DNA from: Octopus bimaculoides
Lineage: Eukaryota
NCBI RefSeq assembly: GCF_001194135.2
Contig: NC_068992.1
Span: forward strand, 50,932,335 to 50,996,334
Direction: 5' to 3'
DNA length: 64,000 bases
Position numbers and translations under genes: made by a program. Of the stretch, positions 40,102 to 53,695 are shown in pieces. Below the pieces are notes generated by a model. It was not told the origin of the DNA and made no database searches. It saw only the letters and a program-made list of their open reading frames with translations. Every line of letters starts with the position of its first letter. The stretch's first letter is position 1.

Positions 40102-41091
40102 TTATATAACTGTGCGCATAGATAGATAGGCAGGCATATAAGATAAAAGAAGCCCTAATGTGTGAATCATATATCTGCCCAAATAGTTGAATCTCTGATA
40201 ACATCGTTATCCACTATAATAATAGAATCCTACGTAAGACAAGGTTAAGTTAACCTACAACGTGGGTTCATAAATTCTTCGAATAGAAAATAACTGAGGA
40301 ATCAATATCTGACTATAAACAAGAGAATGAAATAAGACGGCACAAGCCTAAATCTAATTTAAAAACTCCTATTCAAAAACGCAATAAATTTAATTATGTC
40401 TTAATATGACTTCTGCTTCTGCTTTGCTCGCAAATCCTAATAGTTCTGTTAAAATTCCCTCAATGGCTTATATTTTATATGCACACATATATTAACAAAG
40501 GGGATCCACCCATTTAAATGGTTTTAATTGCAGAAGGTTCTATATAGCTGATGGAAATATTCCACGGCAAAACTCAGTAAACATTCTTTTGTTGCATTTC
40601 CATTTGAAGAAACGTTAATAATTCTGTGTTCCTGCTAGAACTGAAAAAGAGGCAGCGATAAATAGTGCATAATTCTTGCATAAAATCCTCAACCTAATAG
40701 ATTGATTCAAATATCATGTTCAAAATAATGGATTCTATTTCTTTTCTTTTAGCGAATTTATTAGCTATTTCATTCGGTAACTGTGTGAAAATTAAATAAT
40801 TTTCATCAATTTGCAAGCCATATTTTCATTTCATTCCAGTTTATTTTAAGTAATTGAGCCATTAAGAGGAATAAGCAGCATTGAAATTCATTCAGCTAGC
40901 GAATGGAAATATATCCGCCTTCACATACGCACATGCGTATATATACGCATGACATAAAGATAATGCGATTTTGTATATACAAATGTGTTAGTATTTTTTC
41001 TTGGCGTACGTGTTAGCTGTGTAAGCGTATACATCTCCATATATGCATGCACATACATGCAACCATTCATATATATACACACATACATATA

Positions 41092-41123
<32 letters not shown>

Positions 41124-41236
41124 AGTACGTACACACATATATAGTTTCTTAAGTGCGTTTGAAGGAAACACACGGCCATTTATTTTTTGAGTTGTGTTTC
41201 TCTCGAGTATATAAACAATACAATGTGTGAGTGTGA

Positions 41237-41287
<51 letters not shown>

Positions 41288-43751
41288 AGAGAGAGAGAGA
41301 GAGAGAGAGAGAGTATGTGTGTGTATGTATGTGTGTGTGTACGTGTGCTCGTATATAGGCTAACGTGTGCTCGTATGCTCATATCAATATTCCTTAGAAT
41401 CTTTTTATCTCGCATAATCTTATACCTTATTTCTATTATCTCTAACACTAAACCTAAATTTCTTGATGCCAACCAATGAGCGAACTTCAAGTTTTCGTTT
41501 CACATGCTAGAAATAAAGGTCAAAGAAACTATACATGCCATTGCCTTCAAAACGTTAGGGTGCTTTGGATAACGCAGTCCTGGTTGCATTGAGCCTGAGT
41601 AAAAGACAAAATGTTCAGAGCTAGAACATTTTTGATCACAGGTCTCACCTGTGAGAGCTTATGTCGGGCAAAGCTGCAATTTAATCCAACATAGAAATCG
41701 AACTTCTAGATTTAGATTTATATGTGCCCAGAAGAAAAGCAAGGGCTTATTCGAAACATACCTTTAATTTAGAAGAAACACACGGTTACTATACATTAAG
41801 GAACGACACTCCTCTACTAAAATTAAGTAGAACTCGTAAGGCAGTTAAAAATATTTGGATTTCATTACCGGAGACTTCTTGTAGTGAAAGCACATTCTTA
41901 ACAGAGAAATGTATGCATCATAAAAACTGGCCTTTCTCTTCAGAACCAGAAAAAACTTTTCCCCTCGACAACTACTAACTACATACGTAGTTGAGATGAG
42001 TTTTATAAAGGAAGACTGATACATTTTGAACGGCGCAACTGCACATACAGAATCATTCTTAAGTGCGTAAAGAAAGTCCTCTCGACTGACTGGCACGGAA
42101 TCGTTCGTCAGCACATTCAAATATTTAGTTTATAGACGTAGTATCACTCCTCTCTGCCTTTATTAGTATTTCTATAGGAGTATATGTCCCTTAGCACATG
42201 TCTCTACTCAGGCATTCCCCTCATCTAGTCAACCCAAGTCTCTCAAAATCATTTCGAGCGCGCTCGCACATACACACAGGTCTATGCGCATATATATATT
42301 TATGAACTTCGTCTATAACACATAAATATACAAAATAAGCAGTCATATTCATATAAGCGTATATTATATGTATATGATTGTGTGCATGTGAGTATGTGGG
42401 TATGTGCTCTGTATATGTATAAACATACACACATACTCGCATACGTATATACTTGCATACGTATTGTATAGAAGTGAGTGTGTGAATGTATTTCTTGTAA
42501 GATTTCCATCGAAATCTATCATAAATAACAAATACACATTTAAATCATTGCTAGTACAAGTGACTTCTTACCATAGATCATTTATGTTACTTATCAATTG
42601 AATTTCTTTGAAGCAATCTAGGTAAAATAAAGGACACGATCACATATCATCTATCTTCCAGACACCATCATTAAGAGCGGGGAACATCTATCGACTAAAC
42701 CGTTAAACTAGCGTTAGATTACACACTTCGATACAACTTAAGAAGGAAATCTACGCTCTGTGATTTCATTCGATCATACCTCACCAGTAGCAGTTTCGCT
42801 GAATTAGACATATCAAAACAAAACTTTCACAATTGTTCTAAATTAAACTATCTCTGAGTCTTTACCAAATTTTGATGATGCTTTGAACGTTTGCCAACTA
42901 TTTAACTTTAAAGTTTTATTGATTTCTCACCTATGTGAAGATAAAGTTCTTTTGTTTACAACATCACATTGTTATTTCGAACTTCAATTTCTATGGTTCT
43001 TCTTCATCAATCTATTTGTCATTCTAACTGAAGAACTTGTCGTCTCCTCCCAAGCATTACATATGCCATTTATTAACTAACATTCCCGCTCTACTCAGCC
43101 TGCATTTTTCACAAAAAATCTCATTTGTGTCTTCTGAGCGGCTAAAATAAATGATTTCATTTAACTAATTGCAAGCCTAGATGCTATAGATATATCGTAT
43201 TATAAATATAAAATGTTATAAATACATAATACAAATATATATTATAAATGCAGGATGTTATATGTAATATTTTACACACACACACAAAAACATACACACA
43301 CATACATCTACGTACACTCACATTCACTCACACACACATACATTTACACACACTCACATGCACTTACACACTCATGCACACATAAATACACGAACACACA
43401 CGTACATATGAAGTTGTAAATATATTAAGTTATAAGTATATGATCAGATGATAGTAACACCGTATATTACTGATATCTATATATATATTTGGGGATTATT
43501 TTAAATGTATTTCTCTAAATGTATTTTAGAATATTTCAACAGCATTTTTTTATTTTTTGCTGCAAACAAATTAATCGAACTACTACATGCATATAACTAC
43601 TTTAAATGTCTGTAACCAAGATTTATAAATGAGATATTAAATTCAGTTCTACATATAGTATGCTTCTCTACGTCTCGGCAGTTTCCACAGATTATACACG
43701 TGATAGTTATATTTTTCAAAATGTTTTTCATTCAATGTTTTCCGCAAAAAA

Positions 43752-43808
<57 letters not shown>
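43752..43808. repeat. (AAT)n microsatellite
   Basis: Direct reading. Confidence 0.95.
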
Positions 43809-43810
<2 letters not shown>

Positions 43811-44735
43811 GAGCATAACTAAAAATCTTAAAAAAATATTGTGTGTTTAGTTTTTTACTAGGCTACAGAAAACAAAGAAGAATTTTGTCTTCAGTCATGT
43901 TATATTCTTACAGTGCATTGGTAAGGTTAGAAATGTATATAAACGGAAATTGAATCGCAGCTTGTAGACTGAGATGGCCAAAAGTTCGCCTTTATTCAAA
44001 GACGTCATAAACGTCTGTAAAAATATTGATTATTTCATAGTCTTGGTCATTTCAGGATTTATGGTTTGTTAAACTCAACGCACTATCTCGTTGGAAAAGA
44101 TGAAGTCTTCCTCTTTATAGAGGCTGTGTTACGTATTTCACTCTAAGCTCAACCCATAACACTTCAACTCCCAACCGGAAACTAATAAAATTATTCCTTC
44201 AGTTCCTCAGCACACGCAGCCAACGTACTATTGACGCCATCGTCTTCAGTATTTCTCCTAGATTCATAAAGATGAAAATAATTTTATAAGACGTTTTTTT
44301 TTCCTTTGCTAAAACATTCTCGTCAGAAATGTAATTAAATGCGATCAACTGTAAATCAAAGACTCAAGTTACCAATATCTGACATTCTACTTTCTCACAT
44401 ACCCTAACTTCTAAAAAGAAATATTTATGAACGGCTGCAAAATAATATACGCACCATAAAAATTACCACCTATATTTCAAGGTGAAAACGTAACGAGTAT
44501 AAATATAATGCACTTCTAACTTATGGATATTTGTTTTCTGGTTCATATCCCATTTAGTTATTTCGTCGTGTATTTGAAGAGGACAATTAATTCCAGGTAC
44601 AACCCTTACCAGGCTCAGTGGAATAATTCTTGCAAAAACTGATAGCGTAATAGTGTAACTGGTTGGTTTTCCTTCTTCAGAAATTGCTAATAAATCAAAA
44701 TTGAATACAATCACTGCAGTTTACACACACACACA

Positions 44736-44804
<69 letters not shown>

Positions 44805-44842
44805 ACACTCATACATACACACACACATATATATTATTTTAT

Positions 44843-45593
44843 TTGTTTCAGTAATTTAACTGCGGCCATGCTGGAGCACCGCCTTTAGTCGAACAAATTG
44901 CCCCCCAGGACTTATTCTNNNNNNNNNNNNNNNNNNNNNNNNNNNNNNNNNNNNNNNNNNNNNNNNNNNNNNNNNNNNNNNNNNNNNNNNNNNNNNNNNN
45001 NNNNNNNNNNNNNNNNNNNNNNNNNNNNNNNNNNNNNNNNNNNNNNNNNNNNNNNNNNNNNNNNNNNNNNNNNNNNNNNNNNNNNNNNNNNNNNNNNNNN
45101 NNNNNNNNNNNNNNNNNNNNNNNNNNNNNNNNNNNNNNNNNNNNNNNNNNNNNNNNNNNNNNNNNNNNNNNNNNNNNNNNNNNNNNNNNNNNNNNNNNNN
45201 NNNNNNNNNNNNNNNNNNNNNNNNNNNNNNNNNNNNNNNNNNNNNNNNNNNNNNNNNNNNNNNNNNNNNNNNNNNNNNNNNNNNNNNNNNNNNNNNNNNN
45301 NNNNNNNNNNNNNNNNNNNNNNNNNNNNNNNNNNNNNNNNNNNNNNNNNNNNNNNNNNNNNNNNNNNNNNNNNNNNNNNNNNNNNNNNNNNNNNNNNNNN
45401 NNNNNNNNNNNNNNNNNNNNNNNNNNNNNNNNNNNNNNNNNNNNNNNNNNNNNNNNNNNNNNNNNNNNNNNNNNNNNNNNNNNNNNNNNNNNNNNNNNNN
45501 NNNNNNNNNNNNNNNNNNNNNNNNNNNNNNNNNNNNNNNNNNNNNNNNNNNNNNNNNNNNNNNNNNNNNNNNNNNNNNNNNNNNNNNNNNTAT

Positions 45594-45624
<31 letters not shown>

Positions 45625-45777
45625 CGACGGGTTTGTTTCAGTTTCCGTCTACCAAATCCACTCACAAGGCTTTGGTCGGCCCGAGGTTATAGTAGAAGAC
45701 AGTGGCCCAAGGTGCCACGCAGTGGAACTAAACCCGGAACCATGTAGTTGGTAGACAAGCTACTTACTACACAGCCA
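44843..45777 (-). mobile_element. SINE family A, low-divergence copy spanning an assembly gap
   Basis: 3' domain at 44843-44918 and head region at 45620-45777, with an N gap (44919-45590) over the internal part. Confidence 0.88.
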
Positions 45778-46330
45778 ATGTGCTTCATTAGAAAGCTCAT
45801 CTACAATTACAACTTGAATTTTTAGCCCAGTTGTTTATTCTTTGTATTCACAGCACAGCCGAGGGCAATTCATTTTTTGGGGTATAAACCCGTTATTTGA
45901 TTCGTGTTGCATTAATCCTTTTGTATTAAAGCAATTCTATGCGATGTGTTAATAAATTTGCAGAGCACAATTGAATTATTGTTTATATCTTTTGCTATTT
46001 GAGTATCAAGGCTTTCTTTATATATTTATGTAATTCTCATTTCAACATTCCCCATACACCAATTACATAGGAGAGATTATTTCTGTTCCCAATACCGATG
46101 TTCTTATATTGTCTCACGCTGGATAATTAATACTGGTTTGATTATTTTGGAGTATAAAAAATCGGTAAGAGTTAGTTTCGATCATAAGCACTCCCTTGTT
46201 CAATCAACTGAACTACACGGTTATTAATGTCAAATGAATTGTGTATTCTACATACGCATATCCCTTACACTCTTAACCGGAATAATTGTGACAAATCGGG
46301 CCTTTATATTACATACTCAGATCATATAAT

Positions 46331-46479
46331 GGGATTCCTTACAGTTTCTTCTCTCTAAGTTTCAGAAAGATCTTGGAATGACACAAGCTAAGGGGAAAAT
46401 ACACTTGCATAAGTCACTACGTGATACGATTAAACCCTGATCTTGTGATTGCGAGTCAAACACTGTAACCATTTGGCCA
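46331..46479 (-). mobile_element. very diverged SINE family A head remnant
   Basis: cacttgcataagtcactacgtgatacgattaaaccctgatcttgtgattgcgag...taaccatttggcca is loosely collinear with the family A head. Confidence 0.45.
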
Positions 46480-47497
46480 GGCCTCACTCAACTTTGACAA
46501 TAACTTCTAAGTAATTATTTTAATCTTCTTGTTTGTGTGAATCGGAATATAACAGAGTATGGTTACTTTGCCTTTCTCTCAGACATTTGTGATGTTGTTT
46601 ATACCATTTCTTTTCTTGGCATTTTCCCCAATGCTTGCAAAATTTCTAGTGTATGAAAGCTTTAAGTCTGTCATATATGTTTATATACTACGTTTTGTCT
46701 AACTAACAAACAATGTGATTGATCATTTCTTCATAGCTTCTACATATTCGGCATTTACTTTTTGTGCTGCATTTCATTTTATGTTTTCGTAATTTCAAAA
46801 ACTACATCAAAAGCCATTTGATCAGCTTTAAGTCACAGTCCTCTTTGTCAGTGTTGAGTGTTTTATTAATCTACTTCCGGATCTTTTTATGCTGTTTCTT
46901 TTGTTTTCTAACCGTATCTTGTTTTTCTTTTAGTCATGCTATGTAACTGTTTATATTAGTTTCCCTTTATATCATATTTATAGTTCTACACAACATATTA
47001 TGTAATATTATGTAATAGTTTATTTTTTCACTGAAGAGCTCTTCCAGCCTCTATTCACTGTGTTCATGGTAAATATAAATTTTCAGTGATGTTGGGGAAT
47101 TGCAAATATAGTCTTCATTATTCTTTTTTTCCCTGTCAAGTCTTGCTAATTCCTTTAAGCTCCATGTATAATATTTTCTGTCTTATTTCTAAAGGATGAT
47201 TTCGCTGCGCAACCGAGCGTAGCTCTCTGTACTTTGTGTACGTGCAGACATTGCACATTTTCATTGTATTCTCACTCACCTATGTATTATGTATGCCGTA
47301 CCTAATACTTCAGTGTAGTGTACATATTTGTGAGATCTGGAGAGGCGGGGTATATATTTGTCTTCGTATTTTTCAATCATTCCCACGGCATCTATTATTA
47401 TATGGATATTTCTATTTTCATTCTCTTTTTTGTTGTTATGGATATTTCGAGAACTTTGTAGTTGGAAAAGTTTCCCATTTTGTTCAAAGATACATAA

Positions 47498-47575
47498 GTG
47501 CAGGGGCAGCTATGTGGTTAACAAGTTCGTTTTACAACCATGTGATATCTGGTTTCGAATGTCATACTCGCTGTA
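47498..47575 (+). mobile_element. diverged SINE family A head
   Basis: gtgcaggggcagctatgtggttaacaag...caaccatgtgatatctggtttcgaatg resembles the sense-strand head. Confidence 0.55.
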
Positions 47576-47623
47576 TGTGGCTGATCTTTATCCTGATGAA
47601 ATCCCATATAGATTTTATCCTTG

Positions 47624-47670
<47 letters not shown>

Positions 47671-47674
<4 letters not shown>

Positions 47675-49327
47675 GCTAAAAATGACAAAGAGCTAGAAAC
47701 ACTACTACAGACAGTACACGGCTTTACCAAAGAAATAGATATGAAATTCGGATTAGAAAAATATGCCAAAGCAACTCTGAAAAGAGGAAAATTAGTTAAA
47801 AGTAGCAATATAACACTAGATAAAGCCAATGAAATAAGAGAACTAGACGAAAGCCAACCATACAAATATTTAGGAGTCAATGAACTAGATAGGATACAAC
47901 ATACACAAATGAAAGAAAGAGTACTATAGACGAGTTAGATCAATACTAAAAACANNNNNNNNNNNNNNNNNNNNNNNNNNNNNNNNNNNNNNNNNNNNNN
48001 NNNNNNNNNNNNNNNNNNNNNNNNNNNNNNNNNNNNNNNNNNNNNNNNNNNNNNNNNNNNNNNNNNNNNNNNNNNNNNNNNNNNNNNNNNNNNNNNNNNN
48101 NNNNNNNNNNNNNNNNNNNNNNNNNNNNNNNNNNNNNNNNNNNNNNNNNNNNNNNNNNNNNNNNNNNNNNNNNNNNNNNNNNNNNNNNNNNNNNNNNNNN
48201 NNNNNNNNNNNNNNNNNNNNNNNNNNNNNNNNNNNNNNNNNNNNNNNNNNNNNNNNNNNNNNNNNNNNNNNNNNNNNNNNNNNNNNNNNNNNNNNNNNNN
48301 NNNNNNNNNNNNNNNNNNNNNNNNNNNNNNNNNNNNNNNNNNNNNNNNNNNNNNNNNNNNNNNNNNNNNNNNNNNNNNNNNNNNNNNNNNNNNNNNNNNN
48401 NNNNNNNNNNNNNNNNNNNNNNNNNNNNNNNNNNNNNNNNNNNNNNNNNNNNNNNNNNNNNNNNNNNNNNNNNNNNNNNNNNNNNNNNNNNNNNNNNNNN
48501 NNNNNNNNNNNNNNNNNNNNNNNNNNNNNNNNNNNNNNNNNNNNNNNNNNNNNNNNNNNNNNNNNNNNNNNNNNNNNNNNNNNNNNNNNNNNNNNNNNNN
48601 NNNNNNNNNNNNNNNNNNNNNNNNNNNNNNNNNNNNNNNNNNNNNNNNNNNNNNNNNNNNNNNNNNNNNNNNNNNNNNNNNGATAAAACGATGGCAAGAA
48701 AAGCCCCTACATGGTAAATACTGGGCTAAACTAAATGCGAAAGAAATAGACAGAGAAAAATCCCAGCAATGGCTGAGAAGCTCAGGACTCAAAGCAGAGA
48801 CTGAAGGATTTTTAATTGCTGCACAAGCCAGAGCCTCCCCACCAGAAATTACCAAAAACATATAGTGAAAAGAAACATAACNNNNNNNNNNCAGATGACA
48901 ACGTTTCTCTAAAAGAAATGGAAAATCTTTCAAAATACAAACACCTGGTAATAGAGGTAACTCGAATGTGGAATCTAAAACCAGAAACAATTCCTATTAT
49001 AGTAGATGCCTTAGGTATAATAAAAAAAATATTCAGACAAATACATAACAAAAACACCAGGACTTACAAATATATATAACATACAGAAAATTGCACTACT
49101 GGGCACTGCACACATCCTACGCAAAACACTTTCAATACAGTAAACATAAGAGCACCACAGCAAACCACAGCACATACCCAAGGCGCACAGAGTTGCGCTC
49201 GGTAGTGAAGTGAAAGCACGTTATAAAAATAAAACTACTGAACAATAATAATAATAACAATAGTAATAATAATAACACTAATAATAATAATAAAAATAAT
49301 GACAATAATAGTAATAATAATAATAAT
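47671..49327 (+). mobile_element. R4/Dong-like REL LINE, 5'-truncated, flanked by (AAT)n on both sides
   Basis: AKNDKELETLLQTV...KFGLEKYAK...YKYLGV (RT thumb); WQEKPLHGKY; WLRSSGLKAETEGFLIAAQ; KYKHLVIEVTRMW; IPIIVDALG; IQKIALLGTAHILRKTLSIQ* (49143). ~100-nt 3' UTR. (AAT)n at 47625-47670 and ~49241-49327. Two N gaps lie inside. Confidence 0.93.
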
Positions 49328-49433
49328 CTACCTGCCTGCCTACCTACCTACCTACCTACGTACCTACCTATCTCTCTATCTATCTATCTATCTATCTATC
49401 TATCCATCCATCCATCCATCAATCCATCCATCC

Positions 49434-49507
<74 letters not shown>
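49328..49507. repeat. (CTAC)/(CCAT)/(CTAT) compound tetranucleotide repeat
   Basis: Direct reading. Confidence 0.95.
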
Positions 49508-49508
<1 letters not shown>

Positions 49509-50113
49509 GACGGTTCCTTCTTTTAAAATGTCTGATGTTAGCTATGTTAGAAACGGTCATTATTATGAAAATTAGGTTGGTATATAAAGCAAAGCATTTC
49601 CTCAGTTTCTGAAAAATGCCTTACATTATTAAGCTACAATTCCTAACAATCTTACAATCACTTAAGTTCAACTTCCAGAGTTTATAAATAAAATGCTCTC
49701 AAGTAACAGGATCTATTTAACCAACTAACTCTCTCACTCAAAATTTTTCAAATTCTGTGTAAATGCTACAAGGAATACATATTTCTGATAGAATTCGGTT
49801 CTAATATTTTATTTTACTTAAACTACAATTCATAACCCAACAACTTGTAACAGTCACAATGCTAAAGTAAGGTGATGTTCAGTAATAGAAATTCACAATC
49901 TACATTCAGTTCCCATTTGAATCAATATTGCTTGAAACAAATGTCATCGTTAGATTCATGAATGTAGCACCGTTCATTTTCAGTAGAATGGGAAATTATA
50001 AGGTAGTATACATAACTATGTGTGTGTGAGTGTATCATATATAATACAAAAAAGTGATATATACATAAACACACTCATATGTATATATATATATATATGT
50101 ATATGTATTTATA

Positions 50114-50192
<79 letters not shown>

Positions 50193-50344
50193 TTTTCTTT
50201 TAGCCCCAGGAGGACATCTCCTCCAGCTGGCTTATCGACACACGACTGTGTCCTGTTTGCCAAGGGAGTTATCCCTCTCACCTCGGCCAGCAGCACGAAA
50301 TGTATAAAGATAGATACAGAGCTACGCAAACGGATAAATGACAA

Positions 50345-50368
50345 GTAGACAGACAGACGGACAGGCAT

Positions 50369-50399
<31 letters not shown>

Positions 50400-50415
50400 A
50401 ACAGACAGACGGACT

Positions 50416-50499
<84 letters not shown>

Positions 50500-50510
50500 G
50501 ATAGATAGAC
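50345..50510. repeat. (GACA)n-(GATA)n repeat
   Basis: Direct reading. Confidence 0.95.
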
Positions 50511-51450
50511 AGCGTCTTTCTTTTCTCATTTCAAATTCACGTTTCGATTGTCCTGCTCACAAGCACCAACGGCTTGTCTTTCGATTACATTTTGCCTGAA
50601 TATATTTCTGTATTCGATGCATTTAGTTATGTAACATTCGTTAAGTTCAATCTTCATACGTTAACAAGAAACTTATTTTTATTCAAACTTTCATTCTATT
50701 TACAAGAAATGCTGAAAGTTTATATGTTCGTGAGATATGGATATAATTTCATTTGTCTCAACGCTACATCATGATATTTCTATAGATCTTTCAGCAATGT
50801 CAGTGATCTAATTCTCTTATCTCAGCCATAAACGGCTCGTAGATAATTAAAAGAAATGAATCTATTCTGCAAGTGAAATAGTTACCTTCAGCAGATAATC
50901 TTAACGGAAGCATTCCTAGCTTCAAGAGATACAGTAGAATATGATACGTAGTTCACTTCTGGTATCAGCTTATACCAAGGTGCACAGATGCAGTTCTAGG
51001 TGATACAAAACATAATAACTTTTAAAACTTGTATGCATTAAGTAAGTTTTATCTGAATGTAAGAGGTAATCACGTGACGTTTTATCTGGAGTATAGGAAA
51101 ACGTGAGTTATCCGAGAAATCAACGTTCTTCTAATAAATTTGTACAAAATCAAATAATCACATGCTAAGAGAACAGAAGAATTGCCAAACTACTTTACTC
51201 TGTTGCAATGTTTAATTCTTTCATAATTATATCACATAATATTTGTCATTAAAATAATCCATGCAATAGTGATGCTGTCAAATATTCTTCACTACAATCT
51301 ATTGTTATACGAATTGAAGCTGAAAACGTGAAGTATGTAAACGTGACGGTCAAAAACATGGCAAGTCTTAGTATATAAGATAAAGAAGAGATTTTAAAGG
51401 AAATTCGCAAGTACTTATTAGGCCCACATTGATATGTGTGGTAGTATGCA

Positions 51451-51495
<45 letters not shown>

Positions 51496-51599
51496 TTCGT
51501 ACCACAATGTTCGACTCGAGTCAAATATAACAAACTACTCCAAATCCTTGTTGGATTAGCAGCGTAAGTGGAATTTGAAGTATTATATATCCTTTATTA

Positions 51600-51901
51600 C
51601 GTACATTTTAGCTCCGGGTTCTATCATAAAAGTCTGGAACTTATTCTATCGTTCTTTTGCCGAACTGCTAAGTTACTTGCATGTAAAGAAACCAGCGCCA
51701 GTTATTGTCAAAACATGGAAAGAGAGAAACTACAAAAAACAAGGACGTACACATATGCACAGTTATAAATATAAATATACATATATAAAGATACATGTAT
51801 ATGCATGTGCGCGCATGTGGGCGTTTGTGTGTGCGCGTGTGCCGTGCAACTGAATTGAACTCGAAACTTTATGGTTTCAAAGTGAGCATCTTAGCCACAC
51901 A
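51600..51901 (-). mobile_element. diverged SINE family A copy
   Basis: acttattctatcgttcttttgccgaactgctaagtta...; head remnant tgaactcgaaactttatggtt...ttagccacacag. Confidence 0.65.
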
Positions 51902-52985
51902 GATATGTACGTGCATATGGAACATTTATCTAACAGCGTAGGATGCAGTCTTCTCAAACGAGAATCGATCCTGTGTTCTAGTTCTTTTTATTCTCACTTA
52001 AAGATACTTTCATTTGACGTTCGTAGGTAATACTCACAGGAAATTAATTTCTTCTGCAGTTATCATTTCTCCACATGCGTTTCATTGGATATTTGTGAAT
52101 TGTACTAATCATCAAACTGCTATGAATAATCTCTCTAATTTCAGAACCAAATTATTTTCATTTATCAAATATTACATCAGATAAATAAAATAATAATAAC
52201 TCGAGATTCAATGGATATGTTGACCACGACAATATTGTATATTGGGAAGGGTAAGATATAAGAAATCCCGACGGAAATTCCCCGACTCGGTTTCGATGCA
52301 TAGCTTCAAACATACATTTGTAGTACCTCGTTAAAACCATAGAAATAGCTATGAACGTGTCAACTTCCTCTTTCTTTCTCGTACAAAAGTAGCAGGATAA
52401 ATGCCAATATATGAGATCATTATTAACTGAGACAATTGACTTATGCAGGCTAGGGTCGACTTTAATATAGCATAACATAATATGGCTTCATCTAAAGGTA
52501 AAGTCTTTTATTCTTGCTAGTATTATTTGTCTCGGAGCAAATGTCGGATAATTGACATAATTTGAATTTAAGAGACTTGTTAAAGGAATTATAATGAATT
52601 TTATATTGATCTTATAGACGTCTCTGTATATTAGCATTGGATTCTGGGTCTTCGACAATTCCAATGAATGGGAAACAGTAAATAATTGAAATTTGTCCGC
52701 CAGCTAAATTCTCTAGAAAGTATGCGAAAACTAGTTTTGTTTAAATGGTCTTGGTAATTTGATGTTATTCGATAAACCAACATAGGAAATAGATTTCTCT
52801 AGTGATTAGGGAAAATTCCAATACCTATCTCACAACTTCCCTTCATTTAGCTCAACAATGCTTTTCCGACTTGAGTCAATTAGGGCAACCGCTAACATAC
52901 TTACAATTGCATACACTACACACACACACACACACAAAGCCACAGACAAGCCCACACACAAAGGCCACCCCCTACACACATGTCA

Positions 52986-53025
<40 letters not shown>

Positions 53026-53647
53026 ACAGAANNNNNNNNNNNNNNNNNNNNNNNNNNNNNNNNNNNNNNNNNNNNNNNNNNNNNNNNNNNNNNNNNNNNN
53101 NNNNNNNNNNNNNNNNNNNNNNNNNNNNNNNNNNNNNNNNNNNNNNNNNNNNNNNNNNNNNNNNNNNNNNNNNNNNNNNNNNNNNNNNNNNNNNNNNNNN
53201 NNNNNNNNNNNNNNNNNNNNNNNNNNNNNNNNNNNNNNNNNNNNNNNNNNNNNNNNNNNNNNNNNNNNNNNNNNNNNNNNNNNNNNNNNNNNNNNNNNNN
53301 NNNNNNNNNNNNNNNNNNNNNNNNNNNNNNNNNNNNNNNNNNNNNNNNNNNNNNNNNNNNNNNNNNNNNNNNNNNNNNNNNNNNNNNNNNNNNNNNNNNN
53401 NNNNNNNNNNNNNNNNNNNNNNNNNNNNNNNNNNNNNNNNNNNNNNNNNNNNNNNNNNNNNNNNNNNNNNNNNNNNNNNNNNNNNNNNNNNNNNNNNNNN
53501 NNNNNNNNNNNNNNATTATTATCTTTGACAGTACTTAAAATATCTTCCCGGATCTCAACTATATCCTCGGGTTACAGTGTCTTGATGCGTTCATGGAAAT
53601 TACTTTTCTATTGGAAGTGTGCCTGGTCTTCATTACATATAAGAGTG

Positions 53648-53695
<48 letters not shown>

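Noticed and set aside
41845-42135. 91-aa minus ORF and 46-aa plus ORF as possible exons
   Set aside because: No convincing splice sites and no recognisable domain.
48882-48891. Apparent loss of the zinc knuckle/REL core in the third LINE
   Set aside because: It coincides with a 10-N placeholder gap, so the sequence is missing from the assembly rather than demonstrably deleted.
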